From contig CAZKGO010000001.1 of assembly GCA_964552235.1 (NCBI GenBank), forward strand, positions 42,849 through 106,848: 64,000 bases of DNA, read 5' to 3'. Within the stretch, counting starts at the first letter, position 1; the number at the start of each line of letters is the position of its first letter. Shown one piece after another: positions 39,093 through 48,596 of the stretch. Source of the DNA: an uncultured Spirochaetales bacterium. GTDB taxonomy: Bacteria > Spirochaetota > Spirochaetia > SZUA-6 > CAVTHK01. The notes under the pieces are model-generated. The model saw only the letters and a program-made list of their open reading frames with translations, searched no databases and was not told where the DNA came from. Both the position numbers and the translations under genes were made by a program.

Positions 39093-39820
39093 CCGGGGTC
39101 GGACAGGCTGATCCGCTGGGCAAAAGCGCTCGCCATCGCGATTCTCGATTGCGCCACCTCCCGGATGCATTGCAGCTCCTGTGCCCGGCTCAAGCGCGAA
39201 TACAGGCGGGACGCGTCGGCCAGGTAGGAGAGAGCGACCCCGCCCAGACCCTCGAGGCGCCCGCGTTCGCGGTAGTGGTAGTAGCCGCGTATGCCCTTCT
39301 CGAGCAGGCTGTTGGCCAGCCTCAGGTCGCGGAACAGGTGAGGCGCGTTCCACAGGTAGGGCTGCAGCCCGACGCGGGCGGGATCCGTGGCCTCGAGAAA
39401 GACGGCCAAGAAGCGGTCGTAGAAGTCCGTCGGCGCCGCATCGGCCGCGGCGCGGGAGCGGGCCCGTATCGAATCGCGCGCGGCGGCGATGCGGCGGCGC
39501 AGCGCCCGGTCGCCCGCGCGGCGCGGACAGTGCCTGATCCACCCGAGGAGCACGGCGCGGCGCACGTCCTCGTCGGCGGCGCCGATCACGGCCCGCACGT
39601 CGTCGACGGGCAGATCGACGACGGCTGTTCGCGGGGCGGTTTTCAGTGTATTGTAGGCGGCGATGACGGCCCGCACCATGCGGTTGGCCCACTCGGGCCT
39701 GTCGGTATGCCTGTCGGGATGGTAGAGCTTGATCAGCTGGTGGTAGCGGCGCCGCAGAGCGTCGGCCGATCGCGTGTCCTGGGGCGAGAACATCCCGGCA
39801 GCCGGATCCGCGGGCGCCAT
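39089..39820 (-). CDS. J-domain protein (second in the window), probably leaderless
   Basis: ALRRRYHQLIKLYHPDRH is present. The ATG at 39820 lies 6 nt after a consensus -10. The listed start (39982) would overlap the divergent PilZ gene. Confidence 0.65.
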   Translation of the reverse strand: MAPADPAAGMFSPQDTRSADALRRRYHQLIKLYHPDRHTDRPEWANRMVRAVIAAYNTLKTAPRTAVVDLPVDDVRAVIGAADEDVRRAVLLGWIRHCPRRAGDRALRRRIAAARDSIRARSRAAADAAPTDFYDRFLAVFLEATDPARVGLQPYLWNAPHLFRDLRLANSLLEKGIRGYYHYRERGRLEGLGGVALSYLADASRLYSRLSRAQELQCIREVAQSRIAMASAFAQRISLSDPG

Positions 39821-39826
39821 GAGCCG

Positions 39827-39855
39827 ACTGTAGAAGCGCCGCCGGCCCGTGTCAA
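39827..39855 (-). promoter_or_regulatory. sigma70-type promoter, leaderless configuration (J-domain/CPBP operon)
   Basis: On the minus strand: TTGACA (39855-39850), a 17-nt spacer, TACAGT (39832-39827), CGGCTC, then ATG (39820). Confidence 0.6.
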
Positions 39856-39896
39856 TTCGCTCAAGGTCGCCGTCGCGGAGGTTCGATAATAGATCT

Positions 39897-40979
39897 ATGG
39901 CGGTCCGGCTCATCGTCGCCGCAGTCGCCGTTGCCGCGCTGATCGCGATCATCGCCGTCCTGCGGCGCGCGGGCGGCGGCAACTTTCCCTGGGTCCAGTT
40001 CTACCTCAAGGGGCGGGAGTCCGGCTTCCGTTTCCGCGAGATCAACCTGCTGCGCCGGATGGCCGTCGAGAACCGCATCAAGAACCCCACGTCGCTGTTC
40101 TGGTCCGTGCGCCTCCTCGATCGATCGATCCGCGGCGTCATCACCCGCTACCGGTCGCTGAACCAGGAAGACGACCCCGAGGCGGTGAGCTTCGTCTCCA
40201 AGCTCTTCGACTTCCGCAAGCGCGTGGAGTTCAACCGGCCCAAGTACACCCTCGGCCTCAAGACGACGCGCGAGATCACCAACCGCCAGCGGTTGTCGGT
40301 GGTCCTGCCGAACCTCGGGCCCTTCTCGGCCATCGTGGTCGACAATCTGCGCCGCTACATGGCCATCTCGTATCCCCAGGGGCCCAAGCTGCCGCCGGGC
40401 TTTTCCTGGAAGAACCAGCAGATCAGCGTCAACTTCTGGCGCGACGGCGACGCCGGCTACTACTTCCAGACCAAGGTCCTGGAGGACTACAGCAGCCGCG
40501 AGTACCCGATCCTCCACGTGGCCCACACCGATTCAGTGGTGCGCACGCAGAAGCGGCGCAGCGTCCGCGCCGAAGCAGACGTGCCCGCCTACCTGTTTCC
40601 GCTGCGCTCGATCGACGAGGCGGGCGAGGACTGGGAGAACACCAACGGCCTGCGCTGCCGCCTCGCCGACGTTTCCGAGGACGGGGCCGCGCTGCTGATC
40701 GGCGGCCGCGCCAAGGTCGGGCTGCCGGTCAAGTTCCAGTTCCAGCTCAACGATCGCCGCATCGTCATGAGCGGGGTGGTCCGGGGCACGAACTACGACG
40801 AGAAGAAGAACCGGTCGATCCTCCACATCCAGGCCAACGCCCTCGGAGCCAGGGCGAAGAACTCGATCCGGGCCTACGTGTACAACATCTTCGGCGAGCG
40901 GCCCGAGCCCGCGGCCGTCAGTGTCGAGGGCTCCAGGGCTGAGGCCCCCGGCGCCGAGGCCGCGAGCCCCGGAGCGTGA
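39897..40979 (+). CDS. PilZ-domain (c-di-GMP-binding) protein with an N-terminal TM helix
   Basis: MAVRLIVAAVAVAALIAIIAVL forms the TM helix. The PilZ motifs are QKRRSVR (RxxxR) and DVSEDGAAL (DxSxxG). GATAAT ends 7 nt before the ATG. Confidence 0.72.
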   Translation: MAVRLIVAAVAVAALIAIIAVLRRAGGGNFPWVQFYLKGRESGFRFREINLLRRMAVENRIKNPTSLFWSVRLLDRSIRGVITRYRSLNQEDDPEAVSFVSKLFDFRKRVEFNRPKYTLGLKTTREITNRQRLSVVLPNLGPFSAIVVDNLRRYMAISYPQGPKLPPGFSWKNQQISVNFWRDGDAGYYFQTKVLEDYSSREYPILHVAHTDSVVRTQKRRSVRAEADVPAYLFPLRSIDEAGEDWENTNGLRCRLADVSEDGAALLIGGRAKVGLPVKFQFQLNDRRIVMSGVVRGTNYDEKKNRSILHIQANALGARAKNSIRAYVYNIFGERPEPAAVSVEGSRAEAPGAEAASPGA

Positions 40980-41002
40980 GGCGTCGCTGGCGGGAGGGAG
41001 CC

Positions 41003-42187
41003 ATGGGTGCCTGGCTGGTGCTGGCGCTCGCATTCCTCGTGCTGTCGCCGCTCGGGGCGCAGGACGCCAGGGCCCTGACCGAGATGTTCGGCCGCTACTT
41101 CGAGCAGGCCGGCGACCTGGACGCCAGGGCTGTGGTCGTCCGCGACGCCGTCGCCTCCGGGGTTCCGGGGATGGGGCCTTTCTACGGGCGCGTGCTGGAG
41201 TTCGTGGCGGGCCGCGGCGCCGAGGTGCAGGCCGACAGGCGTCTGCAGGAGATGGCGTCGCTGGCTGCGGCGAGGGTGGCCAAGGAAAAGCACCGCGAGG
41301 CGCGCGCGGCGGCGTGGCAGGTGTTCGAATCCGCGGGCGATCTGGAAACGCGCCTGCGCATGCTCGAGGCGCTGGCCGCGACGGCTGCCGGCGACGGGCC
41401 GCTGGTCGCCGGCATCGCGGCATTCCTGGACGAGCAGAACCGGCTCTTCGCCGCGGGCCGCAAGCCGGACCCGCGTCTGGTGCTGGCCGTCGTCGGCACG
41501 CTCGGCTCCCTGGCAGACCCGGCCGCCTTGTCTTCGCTGTTCAACGCCCGCGTCGCCGGCCACTCCCCGCAGATCACCGCGGCCGCCGATGAGGCGCTGC
41601 TCGCCAACCACGGCGACCTGCGCGAGTTCCTGGCTGCCGTCGTCCGCTCCGGCTCTCCGGTGGAGCGTCGCGACGCCTTTGCCCTCGCCGTCGCCGCTGC
41701 CAGGATCGACGCTCAGGCCAAGGCTGCGCTGGCCGAGGACGCCCTGCGCGCCGCCCTCGCGATGCCGACGGCGGCCGAGGAAACGGTCCGGATCAGCCGC
41801 GAGCTGCGCGCTTCGGCGGTGGCGGTGCTGGAGTCGGCCCGCTGGTCGAGGGCGTCGCCGCTGGCAGTCGAGCACTTCTCGGCCGCGGCCCTCGAGTACG
41901 ATCGCGGCCAGGTCGGCATCGGCTACCTCGTCGCCGCGGTCAACGGGCTCGGCGCGATGGGCACCCACGAGGCTGCCGAGAGGCTCACCGCCTACCTCGA
42001 GACGCTGAACTCGCGGCGCGAGCTCGGCAAGCCCTGCGATGAGCAGATCGTCGTCGCGGTGATCGCCGCCCTCGCCCGCCTCGAGGATAAGTCGGCCTTT
42101 GCGACCCTGTCCTACGCCCGCTACCTCGATTACAGCGACAAGGTCAAGCAGGCAGCCTCGGACGCCATCACCCGCCTGAAATGGTAG
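41003..42187 (+). CDS. Secreted alpha-helical (HEAT/ARM-like) repeat protein, function unknown
   Basis: ATG follows GGGAGGGAG, and the signal peptide is MGAWLVLALAFLVLSPLGAQDA. The sequence is Ala/Leu-rich with repeated helices. An alternative GTG at 40976 overlaps the PilZ stop. Confidence 0.5.
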   Translation: MGAWLVLALAFLVLSPLGAQDARALTEMFGRYFEQAGDLDARAVVVRDAVASGVPGMGPFYGRVLEFVAGRGAEVQADRRLQEMASLAAARVAKEKHREARAAAWQVFESAGDLETRLRMLEALAATAAGDGPLVAGIAAFLDEQNRLFAAGRKPDPRLVLAVVGTLGSLADPAALSSLFNARVAGHSPQITAAADEALLANHGDLREFLAAVVRSGSPVERRDAFALAVAAARIDAQAKAALAEDALRAALAMPTAAEETVRISRELRASAVAVLESARWSRASPLAVEHFSAAALEYDRGQVGIGYLVAAVNGLGAMGTHEAAERLTAYLETLNSRRELGKPCDEQIVVAVIAALARLEDKSAFATLSYARYLDYSDKVKQAASDAITRLKW

Positions 42188-43587
42188 AGCGAGTTCCGCC
42201 GGCCGCCGCAGCCTCGATCGCGGCCCTGGCGGGGCTGCTGGCTGCCGGCGGCCGGATCGCGGCGGCGGCGGCGCTGTTCGCCGGCGGGGCGATCGCCTGC
42301 GCCGCGGCGCTCGCCGCGGCGCCGCCGCGGCCGCAGCGGATGAGCCCAGCGCAGCGAGCCGCCGCGAGCGTGGGCTTCGGCGCGGCCGCCGGCGGTCTGC
42401 TCGCAATGGTGGTGGCGATCGGCGCGGCGAAAGCCTGCACGGGCTTGCCGCCGGCTGCGGTCAGCAGCATCGAGGCGACGGCAGTCGAGGACGCGCGCCC
42501 CGCTTCCGGAGGCGGCTCTCTCGTGCAGGTGAGGCTGGACCGCGTCGCCGACCGCGGCGGCGCTGCAGCGGCGGCGTGCGGCGAGTGCCGCCTGCTGCTG
42601 CCCGGCGGCGAGCGGGCGAGCGCCGGGGAGCTGCTGGCCGCCCGCGGCAGCCTGGCTCGCGAGACCGACCCGCTGCGTGCCTTGGTCTTCAGGGCCGGGG
42701 AGCTGCAGAGGCGAGGGTGGCGTTCGGCCCGGGCGCGGCTGAGGGCGGAGGCTCGCTCCGCGGTCGAGCGAGCGGCCGACGCTATCGGATACCCGGCCTC
42801 GGGGCTGCTGCTCGCGCTGTTTCTCGGCGACCGCTACGGGGTTCCGGCCGAAATGGAAGCGGCCTTTGCCGCCACGGGCACGCTGCACCTGCTGGCGCTC
42901 TCGGGACTGCACGTGGGGGCGATCTACCTGCTGGCAGGGACGCTGCTGAGGCCCCTGCTGGCCCCTCGGTCGCGGTGGGCGGCGGTGGCGGTCCTCGCCG
43001 CCGGCTATCTGTGGCTCGCGGGGCCGGTTCCGTCGCTCGTGCGCGCGACGATCGGCTTCGGCGTCGCCGGCGTCGCTCGGCTCGGCGATCGCGACCATAG
43101 GCCGGCCAACCTGCTGGGGCTGGTGCTGCTGCTGCACATGGCGCTGGACCCGCGTGACGCCTTCACCCTGGCCTTCCAGCTCTCCTACCTGGCCGTTGCC
43201 GGCCTGGTGGCCGGTCACGGGCTGCTCGCGCGGCCGCTCGAGCGCTGGCTGCCGCCCGTCCTGGCGCTGCCGGTCTCGGCGACGGCAGGGGCGCAGGTCG
43301 CCACCCTGCCGCTGACGCTCCTGCGCTTCGGGGCGTGGCATCCCGTGGGCTTCGTCGCGACCCTGGCCGGGGCTCCGCTCGTGATGGTGTTTCTCTGCGC
43401 CGGCCTGATCGCGCTGCCCCTGGTCCGGCTGCCGCTGCCCGCGATCAGGGTCGCGGCGCCCTGGCTCCTCGGGCTGCTCTACGACATGCTGCTGGCGGGC
43501 GGGCGCCTTCTGGCCCGCGCGCCGGCGCTCACCCTCGCAGCCGCCGCTGCGGCGCTGGAGCGGTCGGTCCGCCGGAGGCCCCTGTGA
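42181..43587 (+). CDS. comEC: ComEC/Rec2-family membrane channel protein (competence domain only)
   Basis: GTLHLLALSGLHVG and a multi-TM core are present. No C-terminal metallo-beta-lactamase domain is visible. Confidence 0.7.
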   Translation: MVERVPPAAAASIAALAGLLAAGGRIAAAAALFAGGAIACAAALAAAPPRPQRMSPAQRAAASVGFGAAAGGLLAMVVAIGAAKACTGLPPAAVSSIEATAVEDARPASGGGSLVQVRLDRVADRGGAAAAACGECRLLLPGGERASAGELLAARGSLARETDPLRALVFRAGELQRRGWRSARARLRAEARSAVERAADAIGYPASGLLLALFLGDRYGVPAEMEAAFAATGTLHLLALSGLHVGAIYLLAGTLLRPLLAPRSRWAAVAVLAAGYLWLAGPVPSLVRATIGFGVAGVARLGDRDHRPANLLGLVLLLHMALDPRDAFTLAFQLSYLAVAGLVAGHGLLARPLERWLPPVLALPVSATAGAQVATLPLTLLRFGAWHPVGFVATLAGAPLVMVFLCAGLIALPLVRLPLPAIRVAAPWLLGLLYDMLLAGGRLLARAPALTLAAAAAALERSVRRRPL

Positions 43588-44468
43588 GTCCGGCGGACCT
43601 CAACGACGATTCCCCCGCAGCGATCAGGGCTGCGCTGGCGAGCCTGGGCATGAGCCTGAAGAGACGCTGGGGGCAGAACTTCCTGATCAACCGCGGCGCC
43701 CGCGAGAAGCTCGTCTCGCTGCTCGCCCTCGAGCCGGGAATGCGCGCGTGGGAGATCGGCCCGGGGCTGGGGGCCATGACGGCGATGCTGCTGGAGCGCG
43801 AAGAGCTGGCTGCGCTCACGGTTTTCGAGATCGACAACAGGGCCGTTGCCTTTCTCGCGTCGCGGCTGGGCAGCCGCCCGGGATTCCGCGTGGTGGCGGG
43901 GGACGCGCTGGTCACCTGGAAGGAGGAGGCGCTGCGCTCGGGCCTGCCCGACCGGCTGCTCGGCAATCTGCCGTATTCGAGCGCGTCGGCGATCATCGCT
44001 TCGCTCGTGGAGTCCGCCGCCGTGCCGGCTCGAGCGGTGTTCACGGTGCAGAAGGAGCTGGCCGAACGGATGGTCGCGCGGCCGGGCGACAGCGCCTACT
44101 CGTCGTTCTCGATCCTGTGCCGCAGCGCCTGCCTTATCGAGCGGCACGGCGAGCTGCGGCCGGGTTCGTTCTACCCGGCGCCGGAGGTGATGTCGACCAT
44201 CGTCTCGATGAGGCCGCGGCCGCCGGGCGAAGGCCCGGCCGACTGGGGGCTGTTCCGGACGCTGGTGCGCGGTCTCTTTGCCAGCCGCCGCAAGACGCTG
44301 CGGGCGAGCATCAGCGCGGGCCGGGTGCCGTCCGGCTTTGCCGCCGGCCGGGTGCTGGCCGCCTGCGCCGAGGCGGGCCTCGACGCGGCCGGCAGGCCCG
44401 AGGAGTACGACGTGGCCGACTGGGTACGCTTTGCCGACGCGCTCACCAAGGCGCGCGGCCGGGCGTGA
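43584..44468 (+). CDS. rsmA: 16S rRNA (adenine1518/1519-N6)-dimethyltransferase
   Basis: WGQNFL, the SAM site EIGPGLGAMT, and NLPY are present. Its GTG overlaps the comEC stop. Confidence 0.9.
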   Translation: MSPADLNDDSPAAIRAALASLGMSLKRRWGQNFLINRGAREKLVSLLALEPGMRAWEIGPGLGAMTAMLLEREELAALTVFEIDNRAVAFLASRLGSRPGFRVVAGDALVTWKEEALRSGLPDRLLGNLPYSSASAIIASLVESAAVPARAVFTVQKELAERMVARPGDSAYSSFSILCRSACLIERHGELRPGSFYPAPEVMSTIVSMRPRPPGEGPADWGLFRTLVRGLFASRRKTLRASISAGRVPSGFAAGRVLAACAEAGLDAAGRPEEYDVADWVRFADALTKARGRA

Positions 44469-44473
44469 GCGCC

Positions 44474-44497
44474 GCGGCGCGCGGGAGGGCGCGCCGC
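44474..44497. terminator. Bidirectional terminator-like hairpin between convergent rsmA and dapA
   Basis: GCGGCGCGC (44474-44482), a 6-nt loop, GCGCGCCGC (44489-44497), then CGCTTTCC. Confidence 0.45.
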
Positions 44498-44504
44498 CGC
44501 TTTC

Positions 44505-45383
44505 CTACAGGATTCCCTGTTCCTTGAGCACCGCCTCGAGCTCCTGCTGGTGGGCAGCGGTCAGAGGGCAGAGGGGCAGCCGGTAGGTCGCCTTGCACAG
44601 GCCCTTGACCGCCATGGCCGCCTTGACCGGCACGGGGTTGGTCTCGATGAACAGCGCTCTGAACAGCGGGTACAGGCGGTTGTGCAGGCGCCGCGCCTTC
44701 TCGATGTCGCCGCTGAGGGCGGCGGCGACGAGATCCACGATCGGAGCGGGGACCAGGTTGCTCGCCACCGAGATGATGCCCGCTGCGCCGAGGCAGATCA
44801 GGGGGAAGGTCATGTTGTCGTCGCCCGACAGGACGTCGAAGTCGGCGGGCTTGCGCCGCATGAAGTCGAGGACCAGCGGCATGTTCCCCGTGGCCTCCTT
44901 GAGGCCGACGATGTTCGGATGGCCGGCGAGGCGCATCATGGTGTCGTTCTCGACGGTGACCCCGGTGCGGCCGGGAATGTTGTACACGATCACCGGCAGC
45001 CCGCCTTGGTCGGCCACCTTGGTGAAGTGCCGGTACAGGCCTTCCTGGCTCGGCCGGTTGTAGTAGGGGCTGACCTGCAGGGAGGCCGCAGCACCCGCTT
45101 TGGCGGCTCGCCTGGTCAGGTCGATCGCCTCGCTCGTCGAGTTCGACCCGGTGCCGGCGATCACGGGAACGCGGCCGCGGGCCTGCTCGATCACGATGCG
45201 GATCACGTCGGTGTGTTCGTCGTGGTCCACGGTGGGGCTTTCGCCCGTCGTGCCCATCGGAACGAGGCCGGCCACGCCGCCCTCGATCTGCGCGTCGACC
45301 AGCCGCCGCAGGGCCGGCTCGTCGAGGCTGCCGTCTTCGTTGAACGGCGTCACGAGCGCTGTGTAGACTCCCCTGAACATCAT
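44505..45383 (-). CDS. dapA: 4-hydroxy-tetrahydrodipicolinate synthase
   Basis: TALVTPF, GTTGES, YNIP and the active-site Lys context GLKEATG are present. The start is MMFRGVY at 45383. The listed 782-aa ORF upstream is shadow. Confidence 0.95.
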   Translation of the reverse strand: MMFRGVYTALVTPFNEDGSLDEPALRRLVDAQIEGGVAGLVPMGTTGESPTVDHDEHTDVIRIVIEQARGRVPVIAGTGSNSTSEAIDLTRRAAKAGAAASLQVSPYYNRPSQEGLYRHFTKVADQGGLPVIVYNIPGRTGVTVENDTMMRLAGHPNIVGLKEATGNMPLVLDFMRRKPADFDVLSGDDNMTFPLICLGAAGIISVASNLVPAPIVDLVAAALSGDIEKARRLHNRLYPLFRALFIETNPVPVKAAMAVKGLCKATYRLPLCPLTAAHQQELEAVLKEQGIL

Positions 45384-45462
45384 GTGCCTCCACACCTGCC
45401 GGCGTCCTCGCCGGCGCCATGCCCGAACGTACTCCTCCGGGCCCCCTGACGTCTTGGGCCGC

Positions 45463-45492
45463 CCCTGGCCCCGGCGTACCCGCCGGGGCCAG
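45463..45492 (-). other. Perfect 13-bp GC stem-loop in the dapB-dapA intercistronic spacer
   Basis: On the plus strand, CCTGGCCCCGGCG-TACC-CGCCGGGGCCAGG. No U-tract follows on the transcribed (minus) strand. Confidence 0.6.
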
Positions 45493-45526
45493 GCCGCCTT
45501 TGCCGGGCCGCCCTGCCCGATGCCGC

Positions 45527-46270
45527 TCAGGTTCCCAGGATCTCCTCGACAAAGGCGTCGACGCTGAAGAAACCCTTGCGTCCCTGCAGCCACTCGGCGG
45601 CCATCACGGCCCCGAGAGCGAAACCGCCGCGCGTGCGCGCCGTGTGCGAGATCTCTATGGTGTCCGCCGGCGAGTCGAGCATGACGGTGTGAGTGCCCGG
45701 AAGCGACCCGCCGCGCACCGACGCGAAGTGCAGCTCGTCGGCCTCGATCGCCCGGTCGAGGCGGTCCGTGACCAGCCGTTTCTTGCGCGCGCTGTTGGAC
45801 AGGATCACCTGCGCGATCGAGAGCGCCGTTCCGGACGGGGAGTCCTTTTTGCGCCCGTGATGGGCCTCGATGCCGAGGATGTCGTAGTCCTGCACCGGGT
45901 TGGCGAGGCGGGTCGCCGCAGCCACGATGCGGTAGAAGATGTGGACCCCGAGGGAGAAGTTCGGGCCGTACAGGTAGCCGGTGCCCGCTGCGGCGACGAT
46001 CCTCTCGACCTCGGCGCGCCGTTCGTACCACCCTGTCGTGCCGACGACCGCGCTCAGGCCCAGGCGCGCGTACTGCCGTGCGTTTTCCACGACGGCGCCG
46101 GGAAGCGAGAACTCGATCGCCGCGTCGGCGGCGCCGGGCTTCAAGGCTTCCAGCGACGCCACGTCCGCCCCGGCGGGATCCACGCGCGAGGCCACGGAGT
46201 GGCCCCGCATCGAGAGGACCCTCTCGACCTCGCGGCCCATGGCGCCGTAGCCTACCAGCAGCACTCTCAT
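45527..46270 (-). CDS. dapB: 4-hydroxy-tetrahydrodipicolinate reductase
   Basis: The N-terminal GYGAMG Rossmann motif and EAHHGRKKDSPSGTA are present. Confidence 0.93.
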   Translation of the reverse strand: MRVLLVGYGAMGREVERVLSMRGHSVASRVDPAGADVASLEALKPGAADAAIEFSLPGAVVENARQYARLGLSAVVGTTGWYERRAEVERIVAAAGTGYLYGPNFSLGVHIFYRIVAAATRLANPVQDYDILGIEAHHGRKKDSPSGTALSIAQVILSNSARKKRLVTDRLDRAIEADELHFASVRGGSLPGTHTVMLDSPADTIEISHTARTRGGFALGAVMAAEWLQGRKGFFSVDAFVEEILGT

Positions 46271-46309
46271 GGGGTGAGTCTAATCGCCGGGTCGGCGCAC
46301 GGCAAGGCC

Positions 46310-47311
46310 CTATCCCAGCGACTGGACCAGCGTCACGACCGACGTGTTGACGATGTCGTCTACCGAGGCGCCGCGGGAAAGGTCGCTGACCGGCTTGGCG
46401 AAGCCCTGAAGGAACGGGCCGTACGCCTCGGCCCCCGCGAGCCGCTGCACGAGCTTGTAGCCGATGTTTCCGGCTCCGAGATCGGGAAACACCAGCACGT
46501 TCGCCTTGCCCGCGACCGGCGAGCCGGGCGCCTTCTGGGCGCCGACCGACGGGATCAGGGCCGCGTCGGCCTGCATCTCGCCGTCGATCACGATCTGCGG
46601 GGCTCTCTCGCGGACGATGCGCACCGCCTCCTTGACCTTCTCGGCCCTTGGATGTTCGGCGCTTCCCTTGGTCGAGAACGAGAGCATGGCCACCAGGGGC
46701 TCGACGCCCAGGAACGAGCGGCAGGAAGCGGCCGATGCCATCGCGATCTCGGCCAGCTGCTCGGCGTCCGGGTCCGGGATGATTGCGCAGTCGGCGAAGA
46801 TCATGTGTCCGTCGACGCCCCACTTGGTGTCGGGGTGGCACATGACAAAGCACGACGAGGCGACCTTTGTCCCCGGCCGCGTCCTGATGATCGTCAGAGC
46901 GGGGCGCAGGAGGTTGGCGGTGGGGTTGACGACGCCGCCGACCATGGCGTCGGCCTGCCCGCGGCGCACCATCATGGCGCCCCAGTGCAGCACGTCCGAG
47001 GTCACTGTCTCGGCGGCCTGCTGAGGGGTGACGCCCTTGTGCTTGCGCAGCTCGTAGTACTCGTGGGCAAAGGCTTCGCGGTCCGGGGACACCCTGGGGT
47101 CCACGATCTGGATGCCGGAGAGGTTCACGCCCTCGGCCTTGGCGTTGGAGGCGATCTTTTCCGGGCTGCCCAGGAGCACCACCGAAGCGGCCAGCTTCCC
47201 ATCGAGGAGCTTGCGGGCCGCCTTGAAGATCCTCGGCTCCTCGCCTTCGGGAAGCACGAGCCTGCGGGGGTTCGCCTTGGCTTTTCGCTGCATTTCACCG
47301 GCAAAATTCAT
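46310..47311 (-). CDS. pta: Phosphate acetyltransferase
   Basis: [11 protein letters not shown], the PTA_PTB core and [13 protein letters not shown] are present, at 333 aa. Confidence 0.92.
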   Translation of the reverse strand: MNFAGEMQRKAKANPRRLVLPEGEEPRIFKAARKLLDGKLAASVVLLGSPEKIASNAKAEGVNLSGIQIVDPRVSPDREAFAHEYYELRKHKGVTPQQAAETVTSDVLHWGAMMVRRGQADAMVGGVVNPTANLLRPALTIIRTRPGTKVASSCFVMCHPDTKWGVDGHMIFADCAIIPDPDAEQLAEIAMASAASCRSFLGVEPLVAMLSFSTKGSAEHPRAEKVKEAVRIVRERAPQIVIDGEMQADAALIPSVGAQKAPGSPVAGKANVLVFPDLGAGNIGYKLVQRLAGAEAYGPFLQGFAKPVSDLSRGASVDDIVNTSVVTLVQSLG

Positions 47312-47425
47312 CTGGCACCGTCCTGCGGGGGCAGTACATCAGAAAAGGCCGCCGATGTCAAAGTCGCACGGCGGCGACCTGTGCGCGCGGCGTCTCCGGG
47401 GGCCCGCCGCCCGCCGCAGCCTTCC

Positions 47426-47455
47426 TTTACACGTGCCTGCGAATCGGTGTATGAG
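47426..47455 (+). promoter_or_regulatory. sigma70-type promoter, leaderless configuration (tyrA)
   Basis: TTTACA (47426-47431), an 18-nt spacer, TATGAG (47450-47455), then ATG at 47465 only 9 nt later. Confidence 0.45.
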
Positions 47456-47464
47456 ACCGTCAGC

Positions 47465-48220
47465 ATGGACGTCGGCATCTACGGTCTGGGGCGCTTCGGC
47501 AGCTTCTGGGCCGGGGCGCTCGCGGAGCACCTGGACGTCGCGGCCTGGTCGCGCAACGCCGACCGTCCTGTTCCCCGGGGCGTTTCGCGGGTGAGCGAGG
47601 AGGAGCTGCTGCAGGCTCCCACCCTGTTCCTCTGCGTGGCGATCTCGGCGTTCGAGGAGGTCGTCGCCCGCATAGCGCCGCGGCTGCCCGAGGGCGCCCT
47701 GGTCTTCGACACGTGCTCGGTCAAGGTGCATCCCGCTCAGGTCATGGAGAGGCTGCTGCCCGCCGAGGTGCAGATCATCGCCTCGCACCCGATGTTCGGG
47801 CCCGATTCGGCGCGGGGCGGGCTGGCCGGGCTGCCGATGATCCTGTGTCCCGTGCGCGCCGGCGAGGAAACGGTCGGGCGGTGGGCCGCCTTTTTCGAGT
47901 CGCTGGGCCTGCGCGTGGTGCGCATGGGCGTCGAGGAGCACGATCGCGAGGCGGCCTTTACCCAGGGGATCACCCACTACGTCGGGAGGGTGCTCGGCGA
48001 CCTGGGCCTGGCGCGCTCGCCGATCGGGACTGTGGGCTACAACAAGCTGCTGGAGATCATCGAGCAGACCTGCAACGATCCCTGGCAGCTGTTCCTGGAC
48101 CTGCAGCGCTACAATCCGTTCACGGCAACGATGCGGGCGCGGCTGCACGCATCGCTGGACCGCATCCTGGGCACACTGGAGGGTTGCCTTGACACCAGCA
48201 AAGAGCGCCGGACACAATAA
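47465..48220 (+). CDS. tyrA: Prephenate/arogenate dehydrogenase
   Basis: The N-terminal motif is IYGLGRFG, followed by DTCSVK and SHPMFGP. The listed 933-aa ORF upstream is antisense shadow of dapB/pta. Confidence 0.85.
   Translation: MDVGIYGLGRFGSFWAGALAEHLDVAAWSRNADRPVPRGVSRVSEEELLQAPTLFLCVAISAFEEVVARIAPRLPEGALVFDTCSVKVHPAQVMERLLPAEVQIIASHPMFGPDSARGGLAGLPMILCPVRAGEETVGRWAAFFESLGLRVVRMGVEEHDREAAFTQGITHYVGRVLGDLGLARSPIGTVGYNKLLEIIEQTCNDPWQLFLDLQRYNPFTATMRARLHASLDRILGTLEGCLDTSKERRTQ
48189..48218 (+). promoter_or_regulatory. Possible promoter for the bactofilin-TPR-barrel operon, inside the tyrA 3' end
   Basis: TTGACA (48189-48194), an 18-nt spacer, then CACAAT (48213-48218). The ORF track's TTG 'start' at 48189 is this -35 box. 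Confidence 0.4.
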
Positions 48221-48233
48221 TCCCGGGGCGGCC

Positions 48234-48596
48234 ATGACCGAGGTCCGCATCGACAAGGTCGACGAGAACGAGATCGACACCATCCTGGCCGAGGATATCG
48301 ACTTCGAGGGCGTGCTCAGCTTTAGCCGGCCCCTCATGATCAAGGGGCGCTTCCGCGGCGAGATCCGGGCGACCGGCGATCTCTACGTGGGTCCCGATGC
48401 CGTGGTGGAGGCGCAGATCGAGGCCGACCTGGTTTCGGCGCGGGGCAGGGTGCGGGGAGACATCAAGGCCCGCCGACGCGTCGAGCTGTTCTCGACTGCG
48501 CAGGTCGAAGGCGACATCACCGCGGCGAGCCTCGAGATCGAGGGAGGCTGCCGCTTCAACGGGTACTGCCGCATGGAACAGGGGGCTGAGACGTGA
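48234..48596 (+). CDS. Bactofilin (polymer-forming cytoskeletal protein)
   Basis: Repeating beta-helix pattern F.G.l......i.G...G.i.a. The sequence reads IDFEGVLSFSRPLMIKGRFRGEIRATGDLYVGPDAVVEAQIEADLVSARGRVRGDIKA...VEGDITA. Confidence 0.85.
   Translation: MTEVRIDKVDENEIDTILAEDIDFEGVLSFSRPLMIKGRFRGEIRATGDLYVGPDAVVEAQIEADLVSARGRVRGDIKARRRVELFSTAQVEGDITAASLEIEGGCRFNGYCRMEQGAET

Noticed and set aside
39093-39982. Longer N-terminal versions of the CPBP (to 39692) and J-domain (to 39982) ORFs
   Set aside because: The extensions are Arg/Pro-rich, overlap neighbouring genes, and ignore a consensus promoter and the TTGA coupling junction.
45384-45526. Possible lysine (L-box) riboswitch upstream of dapA
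   Set aside because: The spacer is too short (143 nt) and lacks the conserved L-box helices as far as I can recall them. It contains a single simple hairpin.
45419-47464. Upstream two-thirds of the 933-aa plus-strand ORF, and the 44505-46853 782-aa minus-strand ORF beyond dapA
   Set aside because: These parts overlap dapB and pta out of frame or antisense. Only the tyrA part (47465-48220) and the dapA part (44505-45383) show family motifs.
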